Virus record (IMG/VR): IMGVR_UViG_3300046653_000093
Location: 1 to 64,000 of that record
DNA length: 64,000 nucleotides
Reading direction: 5' to 3' (one strand)
In this document: positions 20,650-30,676 of the stretch, piece by piece
Layout: the number at the start of each line of letters is the position of its first letter
Position numbering within the stretch: the first letter of the stretch is position 1
Made by a program: the position numbers and the translations under genes
Notes under the pieces: generated by a model
Database searches by the model: none
What the model saw: only the letters and a program-made list of their open reading frames with translations
Told to the model about the DNA's origin: nothing

Positions 20650-22218
20650 ATGGGCATGAAACCAGCTGGTAAAGCAGTAATTATGTTGGCGGTAGCGGGT
20701 GCTCTTATAGCCGCATTTCACTATCGAAGCGCAATCATTCCGGAAGGTAAAAAGGCCGAGGATGTAACTGGCCTCATGGCAAAGGGCGACTCAAGCGGCG
20801 ATATTGAAGGCTCAGGCAGCGGCATTCCCGCAGCCGCAGGCCCCAACAAATGTATCACGGTCGGTGTTGTAACCTGGCCCGGATACGCCGGTGGTGAATA
20901 TTGGAACAACGGCTTCGAAGACAACGAAGGCTCACGTTACCACAAGGACGGCATTTGCGTGAACTTCAAGCTCATGGATGACTTCGCGGCCTCACGCGCG
21001 GCGTTCCGTGGCAACAAGGTGGATCTCATGTGGTCCACTATCGATTCATTCCCAACCGAGTCAGGCGGCTTTGGCGAGAACGTTAGGTTCCTCTTTCAAG
21101 CTGACTGGTCACGTGGCGGTGACGCTATCGTGGTTCGAAAGGGCATCGGTTCAGTAGCTGATCTTTCCGGTAAAAAGATTGCGGTTGCCGAAGGTACGCC
21201 GAGCCATACCTTCCTGTTGTGGATGTTGGACATGGGCGGCCTTAGTATGATGGACGTCACCATCATCAAGCAGAATAGCGCTATTGATGCGGCCACTGCA
21301 TTCAAGTCTGGCAACGTCGATGCAGCCGTCGTCTGGTCTCCTGATGATTCAGACTGCGTCAAATCAGTTGCTGGGTCTTCAATTCTGATCAACACCAAAA
21401 AGGCCACTCACATCATTTCCGATGGCTTCTTCATCAAAGAGTCAACCTATCAACGACGCAAGCCGGAACTTGTCAAGTTGGTGCGTGGTTGGTTGCAGGG
21501 TGCAAAAGAAATCAATGAGTCTGCAGCTGCCAAAGCACAAGCGATCAAGATTCTGCAAACTCCGCCTCTCAAAGGAATTGAGCCCGATGCTATCGACAAC
21601 GTTCGCCTGACAACTTACGGCGACAACCTAGAGTTCTTTGGGCTTAACCCAGGCTACACAGGCGTAACCGGCAAGCAACTGTACGAAAAGATGACTACCG
21701 TTTATGGCAAGCTCAATCTCGCAACGAATCCTCTGCCATGGGACAAGATCGTCGATCTTGATTTCATCAAAGGTCTAGGCCTCGATGCGGCACAAGGTGG
21801 AGTTGCAGAGAAGAAAGCTACCTTCTCGGCCCCCACAGCGGCGATTGCACAGTCAAAGGCGATTGCCAGCAAGCCAGTCAGGGTTTCGTTTGCGAGCGGC
21901 AGCTCAGTGCTTGACGAGAATGCCAAGAGCCTCATCGAAGATCGCTTCGTTGAAGCGGCCAAAGCCTTCCCAGGCCAACACATTCGCGTCATTGGCAACA
22001 CGGATAACACCGGCAATGCAGCGGTCAATACTCGCATCAGCAAGGAGCGCGCACGAGCGGTGGTTGAGTATTTGGTGACTCAGCAAGGATTCGACCGCAA
22101 TCGATTCTCACCTTCGAATGGTGAGGGCGTGGGCCCGAGCAATCCGCTCTGCACCGATGATACACCTGCGTGTTTGGCAAAGAATCGAAGAACGGACTTC
22201 CAGATCCTAGAGAACTAA
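20650..22218 (+). CDS. NMT1/SsuA-type substrate-binding protein fused to an OmpA-like peptidoglycan-binding domain
   Basis: VVTWPGY, DWSRGGDAIV, DLSGKKIAV, VDAAVVWSPD; C-terminal FASGS, IGNTDNTG, SKERARAV, KNRRTDF. Confidence 0.88.
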   Translation: MGMKPAGKAVIMLAVAGALIAAFHYRSAIIPEGKKAEDVTGLMAKGDSSGDIEGSGSGIPAAAGPNKCITVGVVTWPGYAGGEYWNNGFEDNEGSRYHKDGICVNFKLMDDFAASRAAFRGNKVDLMWSTIDSFPTESGGFGENVRFLFQADWSRGGDAIVVRKGIGSVADLSGKKIAVAEGTPSHTFLLWMLDMGGLSMMDVTIIKQNSAIDAATAFKSGNVDAAVVWSPDDSDCVKSVAGSSILINTKKATHIISDGFFIKESTYQRRKPELVKLVRGWLQGAKEINESAAAKAQAIKILQTPPLKGIEPDAIDNVRLTTYGDNLEFFGLNPGYTGVTGKQLYEKMTTVYGKLNLATNPLPWDKIVDLDFIKGLGLDAAQGGVAEKKATFSAPTAAIAQSKAIASKPVRVSFASGSSVLDENAKSLIEDRFVEAAKAFPGQHIRVIGNTDNTGNAAVNTRISKERARAVVEYLVTQQGFDRNRFSPSNGEGVGPSNPLCTDDTPACLAKNRRTDFQILEN

Positions 22219-22223
22219 CCAAA

Positions 22224-23009
22224 ATGTCATCCCTCTTTGAAATACGAGGGACGCCGAGCCAGAGGATGTCAACAGCCTTGCAAGTTGCTGGCATCCTCGC
22301 TTTGCTGTCTCTTTGGGCTGGTATCTGCGCAACCGGCTTAGTCGGTCCGCGCCTCTTACCGTCACCGCTGGCGGTAATTCAGACCATTCCGGATTTGCAC
22401 TTCAAAGACGCAATGGTTCGGAACCTACTCTACTCGTGCTTTCTAAATCTCATGGGCTACGCAGAAGCGGTTGCCATCTGTCTGCCGCTCGGGTTCATAA
22501 TTGGAATGTTCCCGCTAACCCATGGAATGTTTAGCAAACCAGTTGATTCGATTCGGTACCTGCCACTGACAGCCTTGACTGGGCTCTTTATGGTTTGGTT
22601 CGGAATCGAAAACGCGATGAAGATCCAGTTCCTTGCGTTCGGGATCAGCGTCTACCTGTTACCTGTGGTTGTTCAACGTGTGCGAGAAGTTCCAACGCTG
22701 TATCAACAAACAGCTTTCACTTTGGGAGCATCCAAGTTTCAGATGTTCCAAACTGTATTCTGGCCACATGTCAGAAGTCGAATTATTCTAGACATCCAGG
22801 TACTAGTTGCTATAAGCTGGACTTACATCATCGTTGCGGAGATGATGAATAACACAGGCGGCATTGGTGGCATGCTCTACAGTTCTGCGAGAGCCGGACG
22901 TACCGATAAGACATTCGCACTGCTAGCCGTCATCATCTTGGTTGGCTACATCCAAGACAAGATATTCCTTGGGCTGGACATGCTCGTCAATCCACACAAA
23001 TACTCGTGA
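22224..23009 (+). CDS. ABC transporter permease (TauC/SsuC type)
   Basis: LLPSP, RYLP, AFTLGAS EAA loop, WTYIIVAEM. Confidence 0.9.
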   Translation: MSSLFEIRGTPSQRMSTALQVAGILALLSLWAGICATGLVGPRLLPSPLAVIQTIPDLHFKDAMVRNLLYSCFLNLMGYAEAVAICLPLGFIIGMFPLTHGMFSKPVDSIRYLPLTALTGLFMVWFGIENAMKIQFLAFGISVYLLPVVVQRVREVPTLYQQTAFTLGASKFQMFQTVFWPHVRSRIILDIQVLVAISWTYIIVAEMMNNTGGIGGMLYSSARAGRTDKTFALLAVIILVGYIQDKIFLGLDMLVNPHKYS

Positions 23010-23015
23010 GGTTAT

Positions 23016-23828
23016 ATGGCAGCTCAAGTTGTACAAATGGTGAATACTGAGCTTCCAGATATTCTGGAGCTGAGAAATATCCAGCAAATCTACAAAGACG
23101 CAGATGGAACAGATCACGTTGTCATCGATGGCTTGAATCTTCTCATTGAAGATTTACCAGGGAAAGGTGAGTTTGTTGTCATTCTCGGATCTTCAGGTTG
23201 TGGAAAGAGTCACATCCTTCGCTACCTGAGCGGGCTACAAACGCCAACATCCGGCGATGTTTTGATTGCTGGTCGTCCTCGATTATCAACAGACTACGTT
23301 GGTATGGTATTTCAGGCCTACTCTTCATTCGAGCATTACACCGTCTTGGAAAACGTTGCCCTCGGGTTGAAATATCGAGGCGTGCCCAAGAAGGACCGTG
23401 AAGCTAAGGCAATGGAGATGATCAAGAAAGTTGGTCTAGAAGGGCACGAGCACAAGTTCGCCAAAGCTCCTACACTCTCTGGAGGTCAACTGCAGCGCGT
23501 GGCGATTGCGCGCAGCCTCGCGTACGACAGCCGCATCTTGTTGATGGACGAGCCCTTTGGCGCACTCGATATCGAGACTCGTGGCAAGATGCAAGATCTA
23601 CTCGCTGCAATTTGGACAAGCATCGAACCAACAATCATCATGGTAACACATGCGATTGATGAGGCGGTGTATCTTGGTGATCGAATCTATGTTATGGGTG
23701 GTTCTCCAAGCAACATCATCAAAGAGTTCGTTTCTCCATTGCCGCTCGTGCGCAATCGGCAGATGAAACGCGATCCAGCATTCATTGACATGGTCCAAAA
23801 AATCGAAGACTTCATGATGTCTCTATGA
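23016..23828 (+). CDS. ABC transporter ATP-binding subunit (TauB/SsuB type)
   Basis: GSSGCGKS, LSGGQLQRVAIAR, LLMDEPFGALD, VTH. Confidence 0.95.
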   Translation: MAAQVVQMVNTELPDILELRNIQQIYKDADGTDHVVIDGLNLLIEDLPGKGEFVVILGSSGCGKSHILRYLSGLQTPTSGDVLIAGRPRLSTDYVGMVFQAYSSFEHYTVLENVALGLKYRGVPKKDREAKAMEMIKKVGLEGHEHKFAKAPTLSGGQLQRVAIARSLAYDSRILLMDEPFGALDIETRGKMQDLLAAIWTSIEPTIIMVTHAIDEAVYLGDRIYVMGGSPSNIIKEFVSPLPLVRNRQMKRDPAFIDMVQKIEDFMMSL

Positions 23829-23834
23829 GGCTAT

Positions 23835-25517
23835 GTGGGAAACAACGACATTCGTTACTATTTCGAAAATGTGAGAAACATACTCTTAAAAAAAATTGTT
23901 GACGACTGGGATCAAAATGGAGTATCTTTCATCGAAGCTTTAGAGGCAGTAGAACACCAATCGGCAGAAGAATGTCAATGTCCAGATTGCAGTGCTGAAA
24001 GGCTGCGGAACGCAAAAGTAGGCAAGAAAATTACTAAGCAATTGGCAGAAGGCTCGCCTGAAACAACCAACTCACCGACACCGAAATTAACACCAGAAAA
24101 ACAGAAAGAGACTGAAGAAATGGCAATGACGACAGCTGACCGGGAAAAGGCCGAACAAGATTTGGCTAAACTTCGAGATATTTCCATTGTGCGACAAGGC
24201 ACCAAGCTCGTAGTACCCGAGGGCATTGGATTGGATGTAGCCATCAAGGCTCTCACCCTCAAACAGCGTGAAGAAGAGCAGGAAGTTGGAATCAATATCA
24301 CCCTGCCTATCGAAGTGGCTGAGGGTATGGTTGGGTTCCTTCGCGTGCTTGAGCGCGAATACGGATTCGTCACCAATACTGGGCAGCAGTCGTTCTTTGG
24401 CAATCGCCCTCCAGAATACCTCGGCATCGAAACCACCCCAGGCCATCGCGAATCAATTCCGGTTGGCCGCCTCATGATCCCCGGTATTTCCGGATATCTC
24501 ACCCCAACATTCAACGTCCAAAAGAATCGCGTTGTGTTCCGGGTCGAGGGCGAGGTCAAAGGCAAGGACCGCCACGTCGTAGACAAGATCATGGCCATGG
24601 TGGAAGAGGAGTGCAAGAGAAACTCCATCTACAAGGGCCGAGCCATCATGACGGCCTTCCCCGTTGTCGAGGATTGCAGCTCATTGGAAGATACCTTCCT
24701 AACGTTTGCAAAGCTCAATCCGGTAAAGACAGAGGAGCTGATCTTCTCCAAGGAGACAGAAGACCAAATTACCGTTTCGCTCTTCGTACCAATCATGCAA
24801 ACAGAGGCTTGCCGCAAGAACAGCATTCCTCTCAAGCGCGGCATCTTGCTTGAAGGCCCCTACGGTACCGGCAAAACTCTAACCGCAGCTGCAACAGCAA
24901 ACCTGTGCGCACAAAACGGTTGGACCTTCATCTATCTGAAGGACGTCAAGCGCCTTGCGTATGCTTACGCATTCGCAGCACAGTATCAGCCTGCTGTGAT
25001 CTTCGCCGAAGACATTGATCAGATCATCAACGGCGACGATAGCGAGGATGAGATCAACGACATCCAAAATGCCATGGACGGCATTGATTCCAAGGGTGTT
25101 GAGGTCATCACAGTTCTCACCACGAACTTCCTCGAAAAGATCACTCGGGCCATGCTGCGCCCGGGTCGCCTTGACACCGTTGTCAGCGTTCGTGCACCTG
25201 ACCGGGAAGCTGCGGTTCGTCTTGTTCGCATGTACGCGCGGAGCGAAGGTAGGGATTTGCTGGATCCGAGCTGTGATCTGGAAAACTCCAACGTTGGCGA
25301 TATTCTTGCTGGCGAGATCCCTGCCATCATTCGCGAAGTTGTGGAGCGTTCAAAGCTTGCAGCGTTGCGGCGCAACAGTGGAGTGTTGACACTAACACCT
25401 GACGACATCGAGGTGACGGCCAAGAGCATGAAGGCTCACATGAACCTGCTCAAGACCCCAGAACCTGATGCTCGATCTGAGCGCGAGAAGGCAATATCTC
25501 TAATGTTAGGACAGTAA
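23835..25517 (+). CDS. AAA+ ATPase (start could be 24120; C-terminus possibly truncated)
   Basis: GILLEGPYGTGKT, IFAEDID, TTN, LRPGRLD. Confidence 0.9.
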   Translation: MGNNDIRYYFENVRNILLKKIVDDWDQNGVSFIEALEAVEHQSAEECQCPDCSAERLRNAKVGKKITKQLAEGSPETTNSPTPKLTPEKQKETEEMAMTTADREKAEQDLAKLRDISIVRQGTKLVVPEGIGLDVAIKALTLKQREEEQEVGINITLPIEVAEGMVGFLRVLEREYGFVTNTGQQSFFGNRPPEYLGIETTPGHRESIPVGRLMIPGISGYLTPTFNVQKNRVVFRVEGEVKGKDRHVVDKIMAMVEEECKRNSIYKGRAIMTAFPVVEDCSSLEDTFLTFAKLNPVKTEELIFSKETEDQITVSLFVPIMQTEACRKNSIPLKRGILLEGPYGTGKTLTAAATANLCAQNGWTFIYLKDVKRLAYAYAFAAQYQPAVIFAEDIDQIINGDDSEDEINDIQNAMDGIDSKGVEVITVLTTNFLEKITRAMLRPGRLDTVVSVRAPDREAAVRLVRMYARSEGRDLLDPSCDLENSNVGDILAGEIPAIIREVVERSKLAALRRNSGVLTLTPDDIEVTAKSMKAHMNLLKTPEPDARSEREKAISLMLGQ

Positions 25518-25867
25518 AAGGATCAGTTTCAAAACTCATGCTTGGTAAGTACAAAGAGCTTACCAATTTTGACTTAGTTTATGCTGCCGGTTTGTATGAC
25601 TACCTACCAGATAAAATTGCTACAGACATGACTACCTGGATGGTGGGAGCAACCAAGCCCGGCGGAATCACGCTGTTAACAAACTTCATAACCGGAACCC
25701 CAACTGATGGGTACATGGAAGCGTTCATGAATTGGCCGCTGATCTATCGGAACATAGATCAATTGGGAAATACTGCCAATGCAGTACGAGGCCAAGTATC
25801 TGCAACCAAAAGCTACTTTGACGATGATAATGTGATAGCTTTTATTGAGCTGCATAAACAGATTTAA
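25493..25867 (+). pseudogene. C-terminal fragment of a class I SAM methyltransferase
   Basis: FDLVYAAGLYDYL..KPGG..TNF; the glycine-rich motif I is absent; frame runs back into the ATPase tail. Confidence 0.65.
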
Positions 25868-25883
25868 CATTACTGGTGCAATT

Positions 25884-26610
25884 ATGAAAATACAAACCTT
25901 TTTGGTAACAACATTCATCTCATATATCGCCGCTGCAGCTGATCCAACTCCGGCAGCGCCACCAGAAGCGCCAATCCCAAGCTTCTTTCGATTCGATCAA
26001 GACTACATGCTTGGTACCCAAATCTGGGCTGGCGCAACATATCCATTGACGGATAAGCTTGGTATCTCCGCTGATATTTTTGTTCCAGAGAACTACCCAG
26101 GAATGAGTGCTGATTCAACCGGTGCTCCCAAGATCATCAATTCATGGTGGGGAGAATTTGATCTTGGCCCCGCATTGACGCTTGGCCCGGTTACATTGAC
26201 TCCGATGGCAGGCATAGCATTTGATTGGGCTGCGAAACGAGCGGTGGCCCTCAATGCACCACAGCTCTACACCATAGTCAATCTCGATAAGATCATGGAT
26301 TTGGGTTATCCTGTACTCCCCATTCAAGGATGCAGTGCTCAGTGATTTCATTCACACGCGCGATTGGGTTTTGTATAAGGCCACCAAGGTAATGAGCGTT
26401 GGTCCCCAATTCGAGTACTCATACAACCTCAACAACAAATTATTGGGAGCGAAAGGAACAACAGCCGCTCCATTGGGTGGTCACGTTGAGTTGGCATTCG
26501 GCTCAGGCAACTCGCTTGGACTGTTCCTCGGTTATGATCTATCAAAGACAGTGCGTGACAGAAGTAACGGGGCTGCAGAAGGTCGTTTGACTTTCGTTCA
26601 CAACTTCTGA
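25884..26610 (+). pseudogene. frameshifted outer-membrane beta-barrel-like protein
   Basis: signal peptide, amphipathic strands, C-terminal Phe (RLTFVHNF); frame change near 26295. Confidence 0.65.
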
Positions 26611-26882
26611 TGGCAGAATGAAAAACCTACCTCTGAAACGTGGGGATTTGGTGCGCATGTCCCGGGCCCACAAAGAAGCATTGAAGGCCAACCATTGCAG
26701 TCCTCACGTGCGCGAGTTCGGTCGATGCATTGGAGTAGTTCAGGGTCCTGTGGATTGGGGTAATGGATCCTTTGGTCCAGAGGTTGATGTGCGCTGGAAA
26801 CCATCGCACTTGCGCTACATGTACTCTCAGGAAGATTTAGTTGTCGTGAAGAGAAGTTGAAGTAAACAACAGGAGAAGAAAA

Positions 26883-27722
26883 ATGATATCTAAATGGTTA
26901 ACAGTTCTGGCACTGTTTGTAATTTCATGTGGGGCAACACATGAGGGGTCTTCAGAAAACCAAAGTCTAGGTGAAGTCAAGGCAAACATATTGATTGCTG
27001 CTGGGGTTGACATCTCTCAGATTACATACACGCTAGCTTGCACGCCAACTCCAGTACCTAGTCAAGTGGCCACTGGTACCTGGCAAGTAGCTGTGGATGC
27101 GAATGGTAGAGCGAAAGTAAACGGCTCCATTGGCGGTCTTGATCCGAGCAGCACGTGTACCCTTGTGCTTTCAGGTCAGGACACATGGGGGCTCAACAAT
27201 GGCAATATCCAGAATTGCAGAGGGGAGGCTGATGGAGTGCAACCCGCTAGTGGGGCAATCCAAATGAACATGGTCTGCACTGACAACAATGTTGTTGGCC
27301 CAAATTCAGGGAGCATTACGGCTGACATCACGGTACGACAAGGTACCCCTTATCAGTGCAGCGGGATTGCGTGGTATCGCAGTTCAGAGTACATGTCGCC
27401 GATCCAATATGTTGGTGACGCCTTCGCTCTAGATATGGCGGTTACTGTCCCAACCTCGCCACAGACTGTAACGTGGACCAGCAACGATGGTGCCGCCTAC
27501 TGGTATCAAGGATCCATTTACTCAAATGTATTCACCTTGACCGGCAACCCTGCGACGGACCCAGCTACATCTGGGAATCCAGCTCAGGTAATGTACTGCT
27601 ACACGAGTGGTCAATTTACGATTACCTTGACAGTGCAGGATCTAACTCCTGGGCTGTTGATCAACGGGCAGCCTGGACTTTGCCCAGCTTTCAGCAACAC
27701 ATTCCAAATTGGGTGCTACTGA
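26883..27722 (+). CDS. putative lipoprotein, Thr/Gly/Cys-rich beta protein
   Basis: AGGAG SD; lipobox-like LFVISC. Confidence 0.7.
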   Translation: MISKWLTVLALFVISCGATHEGSSENQSLGEVKANILIAAGVDISQITYTLACTPTPVPSQVATGTWQVAVDANGRAKVNGSIGGLDPSSTCTLVLSGQDTWGLNNGNIQNCRGEADGVQPASGAIQMNMVCTDNNVVGPNSGSITADITVRQGTPYQCSGIAWYRSSEYMSPIQYVGDAFALDMAVTVPTSPQTVTWTSNDGAAYWYQGSIYSNVFTLTGNPATDPATSGNPAQVMYCYTSGQFTITLTVQDLTPGLLINGQPGLCPAFSNTFQIGCY

Positions 27723-27821
27723 TTGTAATTCAACTGTCACTGTAATTCAAATTAGTGGGTTGACTCGCGTTGACGAAGCGCTAGGATAGCGCTCTCACAC
27801 TGAGGATTCGGTTCCCACCTC

Positions 27822-27857
27822 GAAGGGCCTGGACTTGTTTCAGGCCCTTTCTTTTTC
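27822..27857 (+). terminator. intrinsic terminator
   Basis: AAGGGCCTGGA / TTCAGGCCCTT hairpin followed by a T tract. Confidence 0.75.
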
Positions 27858-28380
27858 CCCTTGACATTCTTGGAAGCTTAGTGCACCTTTACAACCTTCG
27901 AGCACAGCAGATTCATGGCTGGCATCTGTGTCTGTTTGTGCTCAATTAATTTATCCTGACTAATTTCATCAGCCTTAATAATTCCAGGTCGAGAAACGTA
28001 AGCGTCAGGGCATAATTCAGCAGATAGATAACGCGGCAACAAAAACCGATAAATAGGATAATCCAGTGACTACTCTCAAGCAGCATAAAAACCACTTACA
28101 TATTAGCCTGATTCAGGTTGATATAGTGGTATGCGTCCGCCCAGAGTGGTTGCAAGATCGCTTTTATAATCTACCTGAAAAGGATCTCTGCCGCAGTACT
28201 AAGACTTAATGTTCTAACACATAGAAGTCAAAGGAAGCCGGCAGAGCGAAAGCAACGCCGGCTTCGGTCGTTTAATAGTTCATGGGTTCTGGTGAGTGAT
28301 TAAGGGTTCGAATCCCTTTGGCCCAACCAATAATGAAGATGGTTATCATTTTCATTGTTCATTGACAATTGAGTACTTCT

Positions 28381-28465
28381 GGTGGCGCTAGCCTATTGGC
28401 GAGGGCAAGAGTTTGTAAAACTCCCGGTTAATCCTGTGTTGGTTCAATTCCAACCGCCACCACCA
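28381..28465 (+). tRNA. tRNA-Tyr(GTA)
   Basis: loop TTGTAAA, long variable arm, ACCA end. Confidence 0.85.
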
Positions 28466-28511
28466 CCCTGCGCGGGCCCATCGTTAAAACGGATGAGCGC
28501 GGGGTTCTTAT

Positions 28512-28594
28512 GGAGTATCGCCGAAGTTGGAGGGTCGGAGCTGTCTGTAAAACAGTCGTCAAAAGCCTAATAGGTTCGAATCCTATATACTCCA
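28512..28594 (+). tRNA. tRNA-Tyr(GTA)
   Basis: GCTGT-CTGTAAA-ACAGT; GGTTCGAATCC. Confidence 0.85.
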
Positions 28595-28615
28595 CGAATT
28601 GATATATGCCTTTGC

Positions 28616-28981
28616 ATGGCAAGAAGGATGAGTGAATATCGAAGGGCATATCTAAAATTTCAGGTATCTGAAACAAGACGCAAATTGAAGATAAAAGCCA
28701 TTGAATACAAAGGCGGGAAATGTGAAAATTGTGGCTATGATAAGTGCGTAAATTCCATGGCATTCCATCATATAGATCCTAGCCAAAAAGAATTTACAAT
28801 ATCTGGTGATTACAAATCGTTTGAGCGTATAAAACCAGAACTAGACAAAACAAAACTATTGTGTCATAATTGCCATGGGGAGTTGCACGACGCAGAAAAT
28901 CAAAAGAAACTCGAAGTTGATAGAGTCGCTTTTGAGCAGATGGTTCGAGAACACAGATCAACAAAATCCATTCCAGGATAG
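28616..28981 (+). CDS. HNH endonuclease
   Basis: YKGGKCENCGY, FHHIDP, LLCHNCHGELH. Confidence 0.88.
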   Translation: MARRMSEYRRAYLKFQVSETRRKLKIKAIEYKGGKCENCGYDKCVNSMAFHHIDPSQKEFTISGDYKSFERIKPELDKTKLLCHNCHGELHDAENQKKLEVDRVAFEQMVREHRSTKSIPG

Positions 28982-29045
28982 CTCAGTTGGTAGTAGCGCT
29001 TGTCTGTTAAACAAGGGGTCGCAAGTTCGAGCCTTGCTCCTGGAG
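28972..29045 (+). tRNA. tRNA-Asn(GTT)
   Basis: CTTGT-CTGTTAA-ACAAG. Confidence 0.88.
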
Positions 29046-29147
29046 CCTGGCGACGAATGATCGATCAATACAATTGAGATACGCCGTGAAGCCTTAAGTT
29101 GGCTTACGTAACGGTCTTTGTTGACCGATCGATCATTCGAGGCCTAT

Positions 29148-29221
29148 CAGAATGTGGGAAAGCCTGGTAATCCGCCTCATTTGGGATGAGGAGATCGTGA
29201 GTTCAACTCTCACCATTTTGA
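29148..29221 (+). tRNA. tRNA-Pro(TGG)
   Basis: CCTCA-TTTGGGA-TGAGG. Confidence 0.85.
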
Positions 29222-29222
29222 C

Positions 29223-29297
29223 CGGAGTGTAGCTCAGTTTGTTTAGAGCATCTGGCCTGGGACCAGAGGGTCAGAGGTTAAAATCCTCTCACTCCGA
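29223..29297 (+). tRNA. tRNA-Pro (TGG, C33)
   Basis: CGGAGTG acceptor; TCTGG-CCTGGGA-CCAGA. Confidence 0.8.
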
Positions 29298-29305
29298 CTA
29301 ATTTA

Positions 29306-29515
29306 CTAAATGGAATATTTCACTACGAGCCAATTTATGGACAGGATAAACTTGATTCAATTCAAAATAACGATCATAGAAAGTTCCAGGCATGCTTAGA
29401 ACGCGGAATAGAGCTTGTTATAGTTGACTCCAGTTCACTGAAATACTTTAAACCACAAAATGCAGAAAAATATTTCACAATAATCAAAAGCATATTATTT
29501 ACTAAAACTATCTAG
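29306..29515 (+). pseudogene. C-terminal remnant of a Vsr/PD-(D/E)XK-like endonuclease
   Basis: startless frame LNGIFHYEPIYG..NDHRKFQACLERGIELVIVD. Confidence 0.55.
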
Positions 29516-29586
29516 GTGTACGATAGTGATAATCGGCCTGTTTCGGGAACAGGAAATCGTCTGTTTGATTCAGATCACCTAGACCA
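29512..29586 (+). tRNA. tRNA-Pro(CGG)
   Basis: CCTGT-TTCGGGA-ACAGG; ACCA end. Confidence 0.78.
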
Positions 29587-29608
29587 ATGGTTATCATAGC
29601 ATCATATT

Positions 29609-30298
29609 ATGGCCCCTCAAAACAAACTTCCGCCAAGGCCAATAAAGCCAAACTCTAAGAGCTATGATGACTTAGCTGCGGTTTCTGCTATGGACGCTGC
29701 CGAAGCTAGGCTACGCGCAGCAATGCATCTTGCGGAAGATGAGGCCAAGAGAGCGAATGAAGAGGAAAGAAAAAACGAAGAATTGAGAAGTGTATTGGAC
29801 ACGATGACAATGAAAGCGGTGCAGCCACCGGCTCCAATCCAAGTTACAGCTTCAATCATTCCGGCAGCTCCCGATGGAAAACCAATTTCTGTATCGCCGC
29901 AAGCTCTCACATTTCGTGGAAAGCATTGGAAATTTACAATCCCATTTACTTTGATAATATCATTACTTCCTTTAATTTGGGCTTTAGTATCTGACTACAT
30001 GCAAATGAAAAGAGATTTCAAAACTCAGACAGATACTTTCGCTAGAATTACGGCCAGAGTCGAGGAAGTTAATGCTTACGCCCATGATGTTGGCAAATCA
30101 AATTATGAATTACGTGAAACGGTAGCTCAACTTTCTGGATATTTATCTGGCGTTCTTCCGAAAGCTGGTGTAAAGGTTCCTGCTGTTGAACCTGGAGCGG
30201 CATATATAAATGTAGTTTCGGATCCGTTGCCTCTTGCAGAAATGAAGAAAAGACAGAAATCAATTATAGTTCATACGCCCGTGCCGGCACCTAAGTGA
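29609..30298 (+). CDS. hypothetical membrane/coiled-coil protein
   Basis: one TM helix flanked by coiled coils. Confidence 0.7.
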   Translation: MAPQNKLPPRPIKPNSKSYDDLAAVSAMDAAEARLRAAMHLAEDEAKRANEEERKNEELRSVLDTMTMKAVQPPAPIQVTASIIPAAPDGKPISVSPQALTFRGKHWKFTIPFTLIISLLPLIWALVSDYMQMKRDFKTQTDTFARITARVEEVNAYAHDVGKSNYELRETVAQLSGYLSGVLPKAGVKVPAVEPGAAYINVVSDPLPLAEMKKRQKSIIVHTPVPAPK

Positions 30299-30373
30299 TA
30301 CGCTATCGTGAACGAGCTTTTTGTTTTTTTTGGCGGCCAAAAGGTTATATATCAACAAATTCGTTATTTTTAT

Positions 30374-30458
30374 GCTGCTATGGTGGAACTGGTTTACACT
30401 TTCGATTTAAAATCGAACATCTAGAAATAGATTGGGGGTTCGAATCCCTCTAGCAGCA
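30374..30458 (+). tRNA. tRNA-Leu(TAA)
   Basis: TTCGA-TTTAAAA-TCGAA; long variable arm. Confidence 0.85.
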
Positions 30459-30460
30459 CT

Positions 30461-30630
30461 TGCGCACCTATCAAACAAACCTTACACGCAAAATATATAC
30501 AGGTTCGAGTCCTGTCATCCCCACCGCGCTTTGGCGCAAATTCATGGGGATGTAGCCGAAATGGAACAGGCATTGGTATAAGGAACCAAGTTGAAAAACT
30601 GCAATTCACGGTTTATTACTCAGGTGCGCA
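30461..30630 (+). ncRNA. YrlA-like Y RNA / permuted tRNA mimic, copy 1
   Basis: terminal stem TGCGCACCT/AGGTGCGCA encloses a T-arm, a loop-closed acceptor stem CATCCCCA/TGGGGATG, then a D-arm. Confidence 0.75.
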
Positions 30631-30676
30631 AAACCTTTATAGTGTTGAATTGGTTGAAAGCTAATTCATCACACCA

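Noticed and set aside
19912-25429. Long antisense and alternate-frame ORFs in the ABC/AAA operon, and likewise within MVP at 47852-49811
   Set aside because: Shadows of strongly codon-biased sense genes
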